Positions 1 through 11,379 of a DNA stretch of 64,000 bases are shown piece by piece (position 1 is the first letter of the stretch; each line of letters starts with the position of its first letter). The notes below the pieces were generated by a model. The model did not search any database and was not told where the DNA came from. It saw nothing but the letters and a program-made list of their open reading frames with translations. The position numbers and the translations under genes were made by a program. Source of the stretch: Octopus bimaculoides (lineage: Eukaryota). The stretch lies in assembly GCF_001194135.2 (NCBI RefSeq), contig NC_068987.1, forward strand, positions 82,833,607-82,897,606. Direction: 5' to 3'.

Positions 1-74
1 GAACAAGGAGGAAGGGACAGAAGCAGTGAAGTAGAGGCCAGGACAGAGGGGTAGATAGGAAGATAGAGGAAGAC

Positions 75-129
<55 letters not shown>

Positions 130-1343
130 AAGATAGTCACGTCAGAATAATAGTAGACTTACTTGCAAAAAAGGACGTGTGCGTTCAATAATGTAATAAT
201 ACAAGGAATATATATACATGTATACACACATATATGTACATACTTACATCTACATGTGTATATATATATATATATATATATACAGAGAGAGAGAGAAGTG
301 GGGAGAGAGAGAGAGTACTGAATAACTATATAAGAGGGTGGGAGAAAGTAAGGAAGATAATTGAATATAAATATATGAACACAGAGAAAGAGGGACGAAC
401 GAAGGAAGGAAGAATAAATATTACAGGGTTATCGAAACAATTTGAATTTCATTCTGAGTGAAGTTAAATACGGAGATGAGAATTCCTGTTTCAGACCCCT
501 TGGGTGTCATTAAGGACTTTTAGTAATAAAAGGGATCTAACAGCAGCGTAGGGATGAACCCCCATAGAAATATCTTCTGTCTGGGGATCACAGGGAGTTA
601 TTTCAGCAACAATCATCGGTTAAATGCCTTTGGGAACCAATGGTGCGACCAAATAGGGAATTGTTCGTCAATTTCACTCCGTTGGGTTTTAAACGTTATT
701 AAATAAGAGAACTGCGATGAATCAGTCTTGTAGACAATTAAGAACTGGTGTTTGATTTTAACTTTCCTATGTATATTTGTGATAAAGGCTTTTTTATATT
801 GCTATATAATCTGATAAATCGTGAAGTGAAGAAGATAGAGTTTTAGGGAGAGGGTTAGGATTAATTTTTTTGACATTTCATGCTTTATTTTTTGCGATAT
901 ACTTCTTGCTAGTTAGATGCAGCGCTGAATTTATAAAAAAAAAAAAGTTAACGGAAAACGAAATACGGTGACATAGCGAGAATGTGTGCCGCACGGAACA
1001 GCCCATAAGTTTGCCGACCGACCCCGCGGGACCCTTAGGCTTATACAAACTGGTACTACAGACCCCCAAAATGCCGCCTGCCCCCCTTCATAGCGCCTCC
1101 CCTCTCCTGGGCGGACTAACTTCCACGTCCTCCCTGTTCCATTTACGCTACTGACGAAAATGATATTAATGTCATTTATATTAAAGTTATTGAATGTGTG
1201 TGAGAGGGGGGGAGAAAGAGAGAGAGAGAGAGAGATTTAATTAGACCGTATACGGAACCGTGAGGGAGTTTCAGCACAGTAAAGCGATCTGCTAGAGAAA
1301 GGAGCCAAATTTCCCTCAAACTGGGTATCTTTTTTTCCTTTCA

Positions 1344-1735
1344 TCTTTTACTTGCTCAAATCATTGGACTGCGGCCTTGCTGGGGCACCGCGTTGAAAAA
1401 TTTTACTTGAAAGTATCGACTCCAGGACTTATCATTTTATCTTTTGAAAGTACGGTATTTATTCTAACGGGTTCTTTTGATAAACCGCCAAGTTACGGGA
1501 ATGTGAACAAACCAACCCCGGTTTTCAAGTGGTGAGGACGGTAACATACACACACATACGCGCATATATGACGGGCTTCCACACAGTTTTCGTCTATTAA
1601 TTTCACTCACAAGACTTTAGTCGACTCACGGCTATCGTGGCAGACACTTGCCCAAGGTGTCTCGCAGTGGGGACTGAACCCGAAACCACACGGTTGCAAA
1701 ACGAGCGTTTTAACCACACGTCCATGTCTGCGCCT
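1344..1735 (-). mobile_element. SINE family 1 (tRNA-like head, CORE-like ACCTTGGGCAAGT domain, internal CA/TA microsatellite), full length
   Basis: Aligns by eye with about 20 other copies in the window. CpGs are retained in this copy. Confidence 0.8.
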
Positions 1736-2044
1736 ATTCTAGAGAGATGAATGGTTCTCCGTCGTTCGACGATGAGGATTCAGTGGTTGGACCAAATTAA
1801 TTACCTATTCATTGAATTAACGTGTAAGTGGCTAACTGACCGAGTAATCCTCAGTCACATGTACACCAAAGTGTGTGACAAGACTGTACTCGTTGAATTA
1901 TGGGCACAATCCATTTAAGGGGCTTTAGTACAGTTTCTTTCTCCCCTATTTCAATTAAAATATCAGGGTCAACTCGAAGTTTATGGGATCGAACTTGCAA
2001 CCGCGTAGTTGCGATGTGAACTTTTTAACCATTCGGTTATACTG

Positions 2045-2363
2045 TGCGTGGCTTAGTGGTTAAAGTATCCGGCTGACAATCTTAAAGTCGTGAGTTCGAT
2101 TCCAAGCGTTGCATTGTGTCTCTAAGCAGGACCCATTATTTCTCGCTGCTCCTGTCCAATCAGCTGGTAAAAAATGAGTAGTACCTGTAATTCAAAGAGG
2201 CCAGCCTTGTCACATTCCATGTCATACTGAATCTCCCCTAGAACTACATTAAGAGCACGCGTGTCTGTGATGTGCTCAGCCACTTGCACGTTAATTTCAC
2301 GAGCAGGCTGTTCCGTTGATCGAATTAACTGGAACACTCGTCGTCGAAGCCGACGGAGAGCCA
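2045..2363 (+). mobile_element. SINE family 3a (A box TGGCTTAGTGG, B box GTTCGATTCC); second copy about 19561-19860
   Basis: Pol III boxes plus the shared 3' module GCACGTTAATTTCACGAGCAGGCTGTTCCGTTGATCG..GGAGAGCCA. Confidence 0.75.
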
Positions 2364-2713
2364 GGCAGTAGCAAAATAAAAGGCAGAAATATATATGACC
2401 TGAATGTTTGAAATGCCTTCTTGCACAGTAGCAGCACATCTGTGTCGACACTTTCGCAGACGATGCTATAGTAGAAGACATTTTGCCCCAAGGCGATACT
2501 GTGGGATCGATCACAGAACCATGTGATTGGAAAATACACTTATTAAACTTAACGGCTGCATTTGAGTACTTGTTCTTCATTTTTCCCTTTCTTTCTTTTT
2601 TTTTTTTTTTTTTTTTTTTGGTTAATTCTATTCTTCACAAAATTTGAATCTGCTATTCGCTATTCGATTTCAATTTTTGTCTATACCTATTTCATGCTTC
2701 TTTTCTCCTAAAG

Positions 2714-2812
2714 AGCATTGACAATGTAACTGAAGCGGAAGAACTTCAACAAGAAATCGAAACCCTCTCGCGGAGTTGGTTCGGTTTGTTTCCCAAGAGA
2801 TTTGGCGTTAAA
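2714..2812 (+). CDS. Candidate terminal coding exon of an unidentified gene (SIDNVTEAEELQQEIENPLAELVRFVSQEIWR*)
   Basis: Polypyrimidine acceptor tttcatgcttcttttctcctaaAG ends at 2713. A phase-0 open frame of 32 codons ends at TAA 2810-2812 with protein-like composition. AATAAA at 2961-2966. No homolog recognised. Confidence 0.4.
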
Positions 2813-3129
2813 TCATCCATCAAAACTTCTCATAAAAATATATATAAAAAAAAGAAAGAAAACAAAACAACAACAAAACAAAAACGTAAATGTACCGAGA
2901 CAATATAATTCTAAAAAATGATAATTTGAGGTCATGTTTCCATGTAGATCTTTCTGCTTCAATAAACATTCACCTTTATTGGTTTTCCGCTAAGTTTTAA
3001 AACGAAGTATTTGAGAAACGTTGCGCTGGAAAACCTAAAAACAAACATTATTCATTGATATCTCTAAGGAATGATTGCAAGTGGTGCATGGAATAGGTTA
3101 TATGGAATGTAAGAGGTAAGTTCATCGAG

Positions 3130-3720
3130 CGTGACAGGCTACAGTATAAGTGAGATAGAGAGAAGAGATGGTAGCTGGTGGTAGTGGTGGTGGTAGGAGG
3201 TGGAGCTAATGAGAAAGAAAGAGAAAAAGGATTACAAGTTGAAAAGGAGCAGAGAGAGAGAGTGAGAGTGATAGACGTAGAGTGGGAGAGAGGGAGAGCG
3301 AGATGAAAGGAGGGGCGGAAGGGAACGAGATAATTTGATAGAATATTGATAAAACGATAAAACTATAGAACAATAACCGGACTAAATGACAGGAGACGGA
3401 AAGTGAAATATGGAGGGGAGAGGAAAGAAAGAAGAGGGAACGCTGAGAGAAGGAGAAGGTAAAGGAAATAGAAACAAGCAGACAGAGAGAGGCAGGCGGA
3501 CATGCTGACTGCTAGATGGACACAGAGCAGATGGATGGCTAAAATTTTAAAGAGTTGTAGATACGGAGAGATATGGAGAAAGAGAATGATGCTGATAAAT
3601 AAATAAATAAATAAATAGGACAGGTCGTTTATGTGACATGAAGAGAGAGGGAGAGAGAGAGAGGGGGCGAGAGAGAGAGAGAGAGTATAAGATAGAAACA
3701 GACGGAAAGCTGGCTATATT

Positions 3721-3786
<66 letters not shown>

Positions 3787-3915
3787 ACAAAGAGAAAGAG
3801 CAGTGAGAGAGAAAGAGAGAGTAGGAATATATATACAGAAAGTAAGGAAAATTCTGAAAATAGATAGATAGATATGAACAAAGAGAAATGGCAGTGAGAG
3901 GCGGCAGAGAGAGAA

Positions 3916-3953
<38 letters not shown>

Positions 3954-3963
3954 NNNNNNNNNN

Positions 3964-4000
<37 letters not shown>

Positions 4001-4085
4001 AGAATATACAGAAGGTAAGGAAAATTATGAAAATACAGAGATGATAGATAGATAGAAAGATAGATAGATAGATAGATAGATAACG
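3130..4085. repeat. Purine-rich GA/GATA low-complexity tract (similar tracts at 1-420, 7300-7570, 36700-37045)
   Basis: Read directly. Confidence 0.85.
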
Positions 4086-4388
4086 AGCATATTAAAAGCG
4101 CAGTGGCAACAAAGCGGGTTATGTGTGAACCTAGCGGACTTTATTATAATCCAAGTGACACAGAAGCAGGAATAAGATGCTATAACTTTATATCGTTTAA
4201 GCCTTCCTTGCTGGACTCGGATGACAAACCTATAGAAATTATTGACATTGTAACTTGCCAACGTCTCGTGTTATCAGGTGTGAGATTCACTTTGTTCGTT
4301 TATTTTAAAGCCTTTTGTCAATATTAATCTGAATGCCTCTTTCAGAAATCGAGATAAGGTAAATAAGGCAAAAGAAAGAGGGAGAGAG

Positions 4389-4473
<85 letters not shown>

Positions 4474-5316
4474 GGGGGGCCTTTTGTCATACAATAGGAT
4501 ATTATAATTGTTCTTTACGGTATGATGATACTCTTTAATTTATGGCTCAGCATTGCACAATGTTTGAACAGAGAAACCAAATCCTGGAGAAAGAGGAAAT
4601 CGCGTTGTAAGCTGATATATTTCATTGTAAAGCTATCATAGATAGGCGAAATTCGTGGCCCCCGCTTCGTTTTTGTTGTTACTTTTTCTTTACTTGTTTC
4701 AGGTGTTGTACTGAGGCCATACTGGGGCACCGCCTTGAAGGATTTTAGTCAAACTGATTGACACAGTACTTCTTTAAAGTCTGGCGCTTTTTTCATCGGA
4801 TTCTTTTGACGAACCCTTAAGTTACGGGAACATAAACTAACCAAGCAGTGTGGACCAAACACGGACATAAAGATACGCGCGCGCGCACATGTTTTGCATT
4901 CTGTTCTTTTTGCCTTTTCCTTTACATGGGACAAACTAGTCGACGCCTACCTGGATGACCGTTTTGCGGGGCACTTACAGGGGGCATTAGACTCAGTAAT
5001 GACACCCGATTTCGCGTTACTTCTGCTCGGCTGGTCATTCCCTTCAACATCTGTCAGTGTTCGAACTCGTCTGGCACAGAAGCCCCCCCAGACTCTCGTC
5101 TCCGTCTAGAGCAGGAATTATTTTTCTCTTTCTAGCCTTCACTCCCAGCGGTCTAAATTCTCAACCCCTTTTCATTTAACTCTACGTTTTTCCATTTCAC
5201 ACGCAGCTACACACACCATCCGCCTCTTACATTCCATTACATTCCACCTTACACCCACATCAAACCGTTTAGCAAAAACTCCATCATACACAGCAACACG
5301 TTTAAACAGCATACTT

Positions 5317-5386
5317 TCCTCATTAGTATAGTCGTAGCTATGCGCGCCTGTCACGCAGGAGACCGGGTTCGATTCCCCGCGGGGAG
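5317..5386 (+). pseudogene. tRNA-Asp(GTC)-derived sequence, degenerate
   Basis: TCCTCATTAGTATAGTCGTAGCTATGCGCGCCTGTCACGCAGGAGACCGGGTTCGATTCCCCGCGGGGAG aligns end to end with eukaryotic tRNA-Asp. Anticodon loop CTGTCAC and B box GGTTCGATTCC are kept. Anticodon and acceptor stems have mismatches, D-loop GG reads CG, and the T and acceptor stems each lack one base. Confidence 0.8.
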
Positions 5387-6010
5387 GCATTATTCTTTGG
5401 GTTAGATGGGTGATGCTGAAGGAACAAAAACTCCCGAAATATGGCATATACGCCCATTACCCCCATTTCTTTTACGAAAGGCGGTGCTCCAGCATGGCCC
5501 AACCTCTGGGTGAACCCAATAAAATAATACACTTGCTGCTACTCTTACACTCATAATAGCACCCACACTTCAATCGCAGTCCAACATGCTACCCATATAC
5601 ACACATACAGTAACAAGAATATTTAAACACACCTGCACTTCTCTACCTTTACACATACTTATGTCACCTCTATTTCTCCAAACACGTCTGTCTAATATAA
5701 CACACACGGTAGCCTCATATAGTCATACACACACTTGTCACTCTCGCCTAAGGTGACCTGACCACCACTTCCGGTCACTTCAGCATGCTGTGGTGGTTGT
5801 ATACATATGCATTCCTTTTCTACGTTAAATTTCTCTGTATGGGGTGGGGGTGGGGTTCTTGCTTTCTTTTTGTTTTTCCCTTTCCTTACCTATTCTTTCT
5901 TTCAGAACACCAACTGAAAACGCTGTTTGATTTTCTTTGTTACCTCGTCTTTGTCTTATATATATTTACAGGGATTATCTACCCTTTCCTCCTCTCTAGA
6001 CTTTTTCCCC

Positions 6011-6043
6011 TTTTTGACGAAGCGCTCTGCTCGAAACGTCGAT
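6011..6043 (+). ncRNA. Minimal type I hammerhead ribozyme-like motif (PLE pLTR), degenerate
   Basis: TTGACGA-A-GCGC-TCT-GCTC-GAAA-CGT-C: palindromic ACGT helix III, GUC triplet, stem II with one mismatch, weak stem I. Confidence 0.5.
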
Positions 6044-6160
6044 CCTGTTAGTCTATCTAAAACTTACCCTGACTATCAGTTTCATATATTCACTGTGTAC
6101 GTCCAAATTGACTTTTGTTGCTTTTTTTCCTTGTTTGTTTTTTTAGTTTTGATTTTGCGT

Positions 6161-6820
6161 AGGCGAGGCCGTGTGGTAAGAAGCTTTCTTCCAAACCACA
6201 TGACTCTGGGTTCAGTCCCACTACGTGGCACCTTGGGCAAGTGTCTTCTACTATAGCCTTGGGCCAACCAAAGCCTTGTGAGTAGATTTAATGGACGGAA
6301 ACTGAAAGAAGCCCGTCGTATACATATATATATACATATATATACATATATATACACATATATACATATATACATATACATATATACATATATACATATA
6401 CATATANNNNNNNNNNNNNNNNNNNNNNNNNNNNNNNNNNNNNNNNNNNNNNNNNNNNNNNNNNNNNNNNNNNNNNNNNNNNNNNNNNNNNNNNNNNNNN
6501 NNNNNNNNNNNNNNNNNNNNNNNNNNNNNNNNNNNNNNNNNNNNNNNNNNNNNNNNNNNNNNNNNNNNNNNNNNNNNATATATATATATATATATATAAA
6601 TGTATGTATATTTGTGTGTCTGTGTTTATCCCCCCATTATCGCTTGACAACCGATGTTGGTGTGTTTACATCCCCATAACTTAGCAGTTCAGCAAAAGAG
6701 ACAAATACAATAAGTACTAGGCTTACAAGGAATAAGTCCTGGACTCGATTTCGTCGACTAAAACCCTTTAAGGCGGTGCACCAGCATGGCCGCAGAGTAA
6801 CGACTGAAACGTGTAAAGGA
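6161..6820 (+). mobile_element. SINE family 1, full length, gap inside the internal microsatellite
   Basis: Head GGCCGTGTGGTAAG..GGGTTCAGTCCC, CORE-like domain, tail GGCGGTGCACCAGCATGGCCGCAG. Confidence 0.8.
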
Positions 6821-6833
6821 GTATTTGTGAGTG

Positions 6834-6888
<55 letters not shown>

Positions 6889-6891
6889 ACA

Positions 6892-7059
6892 CATGACAGG
6901 CTTCTGTACATTTTCGGTCTCCCAAATCCTGTTACAAAACATTGGTCGACCCGGATCTATAGTAGAAGACACTTGACCCATAGTCTGCGCAGTGAAATTG
7001 AACACGAAATCATGTGATTGCAAAGCGAGCTCTTTAACCACACAGCTATACTTGCGTCT
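6892..7059 (-). mobile_element. SINE family 1 head half, inverted relative to 6161-6820
   Basis: CTATAGTAGAAGACACTTGACCCA..GAAATTGAACAC..AACCACACAGC. Confidence 0.7.
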
Positions 7060-7518
7060 GTTGAGTAAATGTTTCCTTATTAAATAAGCAATCAGATGCA
7101 ACCTGTGCGGCAACATTGATTTAGTTTTCGCATCGGAACAATAAACGTTTATGATAATTGACTTAGAAGAGAAAATAAATTAACAAAAATACTCGCAAGA
7201 GACAAAATGAGTAAAAGAGAGGAAGAAACTTTGGTAAAATGAGGAAGAATTGAGAGATGCAGCATGTTTGTGTCCTTGTATGGAGACGTAGACACGGGTA
7301 GGTAGGTAGGCAGGTAGGTAGGTAGGTAGGTAGGTAGACAGACGGCCGAAAGAATGGGTGGATAGATATAGATAGATAGACGAAAGAATATGTGGGTGGA
7401 TGGCTAGATAGACGAAAGAATGGATGGGTGGATAGATAGCTAGCTAGATAGACGAAAGAATGGATGGTTAGATAGATAGATAGATAGATAGATAAATAGA
7501 TAGACGAAAGAGTGGGTG

Positions 7519-7569
<51 letters not shown>

Positions 7570-9792
7570 GCGAAACAATGGGTGGACAAACAAATAGATA
7601 GAGAACAACGTATAAGCGAATCAAATTTGCTTCAGAAGCCAATATATTAGAAACCAGCAGAAATTTGATGTGCCTCTTTTAATATAAAACCAGTTACTAT
7701 TTCTATCTAGAATCCCCAGAAGAGTTCACCAATATTTCATAACCATTATATTAACCTGGCACCATGTTTGTAGAACGAAAATTTAGCCCCAACATATAAT
7801 AAAGTCAAAGAAATTAACACAGCTTCTTAACCCTTCCATATTTCTTTTGACAGATAAATATACGTTTTGCTTAAGAAACTATATGTTCCGTGCGACCAGG
7901 GTTTAAGCCGTGTATATTTTCAGTTGACAGAATCTATATATATGNNNNNNNNNNNNNNNNNNNNNNNNNNNNNNNNNNNNNNNNNNNNNNNNNNNNNNNN
8001 NNNNNNNNNNNNNNNNNNNNNNNNNNNNNNNNNNNNNNNNNNNNNNNNNNNNNNNNNNNNNNNNNNNNNNNNNNNNNNNNNNNNNNNNNNNNNNNNNNNN
8101 NNNNNNNNNNNNNNNNNNNNNNNNNNNNNNNNNNNNNNNNNNNNNNNNNNNNNNNNNNNNNNNNNNNNNNNNNNNNNNNNNNNNNNNNNNNNNNNNNNNN
8201 NNNNNNNNNNNNNNNNNNNNNNNNNNNNNNNNNNNNNNNNNNNNNNNNNNNNNNNNNNNNNNNNNNNNNNNNNNATATATATATGTATGTATGTATGTAT
8301 ATCACATGTGTATATATATATCACAAAGAGGTGTATATATATATATCACTTGACCAGTACCAGGGAAACAAGCAGCCAATCCGTTTAAATCGACATTAAA
8401 TCCAATCGCTTCAGAGGATCGTCGTTATTAATTTGCATACTGTTAGTGTTGGAAACTTTAGTTATACATATGTTCATATAAACATACATGCATACATACA
8501 TACTTATAAACATACATGCATGCATACATACATACATACATACATACATACACACACGCACATGCATACATACGCACATGTACATGCATACATACATACT
8601 TACACACACACACGTACATGCACACATACATATATGCATGCATACATACACACACGCGTACATATATGCCTGCATGCATACATACGCATGCATACATACA
8701 TACACACTCGCGCACATACATACACATGCACGCACGCACGCATACATACACACATACATAAATATATACACGCATACATGCATACATACACACACATATA
8801 CATACATACATACATACATATTCANNNNNNNNNNNNNNNNNNNNNNNNNNNNNNNNNNNNNNNNNNNNNNNNNNNNNNNNNNNNNNNNNNNNNNNNNNNN
8901 NNNNNNNNNNNNNNNNNNNNNNNNNNNNNNNNNNNNNNNNNNNNNNNNNNNNNNNNNNNNNNNNNNNNNNNNNNNNNNNNNNNNNNNNNNNNNNNNNNNN
9001 NNNNNNNNNNNNNNNNNNNNNNNNNNNNNNNNNNNNNNNNNNNNNNNNNNNNNNNNNNNNNNNNNNNNNNNNNNNNNNNNNNNNNNNNNNNNNNNNNNNN
9101 NNNNNNNNNNNNNNNNNNNNNNNNNNNNNNNNNNNNNNNNNNNNNNNNNNNNNNNNNNNNNNNNNNNNNNNNNNNNNNNNNNNNNNNNNNNNNNNNNNNN
9201 NNNNNNNNNNNNNNNNNNNNNNNNNNNNNNNNNNNNNNNNNNNNNNNNNNNNNNNNNNNNNNNNNNNNNNNNNNNNNNNNNNNNNNNNNNNNNNNNNNNN
9301 NNNNNNNNNNNNNNNNNNNNNNNNNNNNNNNNNNNNNNNNNNNNNNNNNNNNNNNNNNNNNNNNNNNNNNNNNNNNNNNNNNNNNNNNNNNNNNNNNNNN
9401 NNNNNNNNNNNNNNNNNNNNNNNNNNNNNNNNNNNNNNNNNNNNNNNNNNNNNNNNNNNNNNNNNNNNNNNNNNNNNNNNNNNNNNNNNNNNNNNNNNNN
9501 NNNNNNNNNNNNNNNNNNNNNNNNNNNNNNNNNNNNNNNNNNNNNNNNNNNNNNNNNNNNNNNNNNNNNNNNNNNNNNNNNNNNNNNNNNNNNNNNNNNN
9601 NNNNNNNNNNNNNNNNNNNNNNNNNNNNNNNNNNNNNNNNNNNNNNNNNNNNNNNNNNNNNNTGTCTCGTCTATCTGGATGTTTTGTTGTCCCTTTTTTG
9701 TATCACCTAACTGTCTGGATGTTTTGCGTTTTTGTCCCATTTTGTATTTTATGTATGTATGTATGTATGTATGTATGTATGTATGTATGTAT

Positions 9793-9998
9793 GCATTTGT
9801 GTGTCTGTTTCCCCACCATCGCTTGACAATCGGTGCTGAAGTGTTTACGTCTCTGTTATCTAGCGGTTCGGCGAAAGGAACCGATAGAATAAGTACTAGG
9901 TTTACAAAGAATAAGTCCTGGGGTCGATTTGCTCGACTAAAGGCAGTGCTCCAGCATGGCTGCTGTCAAATGACCTAAACAAATAAAAGAGTAAAAGA
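9793..9998 (+). mobile_element. SINE family 1 tail half
   Basis: CATCGCTTGACAATCGG..GAATAAGTACTAGG..CTCCAGCATGGC. Confidence 0.75.
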
Positions 9999-10974
9999 AT
10001 TCGCTCATAGCATAAGATGCAAGGATTTTTAATCAGCGGAGTTTGTGTAAACTGTTGCTAGTTTTCTCTGCGGCTAATTATTTACTTGGACGTGTGTGGT
10101 GTTGTTTTGTTTGTGAATGTGTGTGTGTGTGTATGCGTGTATGTGCATGTGTGTACGCATATATGTCGTGTGTGTGTGTGCGTGTGTATGCGTGTGTATG
10201 TGAATCTGTGTATGTGAGCGTGTGTGTGAATTTGTGTGCGTGTGTGAATTCGTGTGTGCGCGCGCGTGTGTGTAGAATTGTGGATATTCTTTGATATATA
10301 TAGAAGTTACCAGTACACAACTATGCGTCTGCCATTCTTATAACGATAGAAGTTTAAAAAATACCAAAACCACACAAAACCGAAATATAACTAAAAGAAA
10401 AAAAGAAAGAAAGAAAGAAGGAAGGAAGGAAAAAAGAAGAAATAACAAAATAACTAACCTTAGAAAACTTTAGAAAACCGACAATTATTTCCACAGAAAA
10501 CGACAGACGTAAAATTACAGATTTTTTTTAAACGCTTCAACGTCCTCTTTTTTATATCTGTATAACTTAAATCCAACTTCGACCGCATCATTATATATCT
10601 ATATTACATCGCATCATTATATCTATGTAACTTCAATCCAGCTTACGCTACATTATTCGCGTCATTATATCGCCCACATCGTTTTACGCGGTCGTATGTG
10701 GTTCTAATTACCTTATAGTACTAATCAAATCAGACTGTATCCCACATCAGACTTTATCCCACTCCGCCTCGCTTTCGACATTTGTCCCATACATCTGAAT
10801 GAAAGTTACTACTGCCTCGTTATACGACATCCTTGATACCACTCTACGAACATCAACGTTCTCAACAACACTTTTACAAACATCAGAAAGACGTGATGGA
10901 ATGATTTCCACCATGATATAAAATCTAAGTTTTAGAATTGACAACACCACAGCTATCAACATAGACACTGCAGT

Positions 10975-11260
10975 GGCCGAGTAGTTAGGATGTTGCATTC
11001 ACGATTTAGCTATCGTGTGTTCGATTCCCGAACCGAGCGGTGCATTTTGTTCTTGAGCAAAACACTTCATTTCACATTGCTCCAGTTCACTCAGCCGTAA
11101 ATACGACGATCGTCTGCCGGAAAAGCCTTCCGATCGAGGGTGGGGGGGATCTTGGCCTACTCGCTTAGCCAGCGCGGTGTGGCCATTCGAAAGCTAAAAC
11201 AAGTCAAAACACATCGTGACCAACGATATATAGCAACATGGGATAGCCTGGTCGGTAGCG
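10975..11260 (+). mobile_element. Older tRNA-headed SINE; related copies about 23780-23920 (-) and 61580-61800 (+)
   Basis: GTGGCCGAGTAGTTAGG..GTTCGATTCCC..TTGAGCAAAACACTTCATTTCACATTGCTCC. Confidence 0.6.
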
Positions 11261-11379
11261 TGATACCGTGACACACATACATACACATATTTTTAAAAGA
11301 AAAATCTTTAAGTTATTAACTATTTAAAAATATATATATCTAGGGAACTAAATGTCTCAAACCTTTTACGTATAGTGCG

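Larger units (their letters stand above)
4895..6130 (+). mobile_element. Decayed Penelope-like retroelement 3' part: GIY-YIG endonuclease C-terminus, long pyrimidine-rich 3' region and pLTR
   Basis: Frameshifted translation from 4895-5170 gives FCSFCLFLYMGQTSRRL..DRFAGHL..IRLSNDT/PISRYFCSAGHSLQHLSVF..DSRLRLEQELFFS (CxxC, YIG-like YMG, R..EH-like motifs). Hammerhead-like motif at 6014-6040. Interrupted by an insert at 5317-5530. Confidence 0.7.

Noticed and set aside
5410-5445. CTGAAGGAACAAAAACTCCCGAAATATGG, hammerhead-like
   Set aside because: Core spacing does not fit and the cleavage position reads G; ambiguous.
8385-9978. Longest ORFs in the track (400-500 aa; also 21337-22557, 30112-30786, 37468-38216, 46961-47472, 49397-50003)
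   Set aside because: They are open only because they cross N-gaps and stop-free dinucleotide repeats.
10540-10998. Short internal duplications and an 83-aa minus-strand ORF
   Set aside because: No recognisable protein or element family; the ORF starts inside a SINE head.
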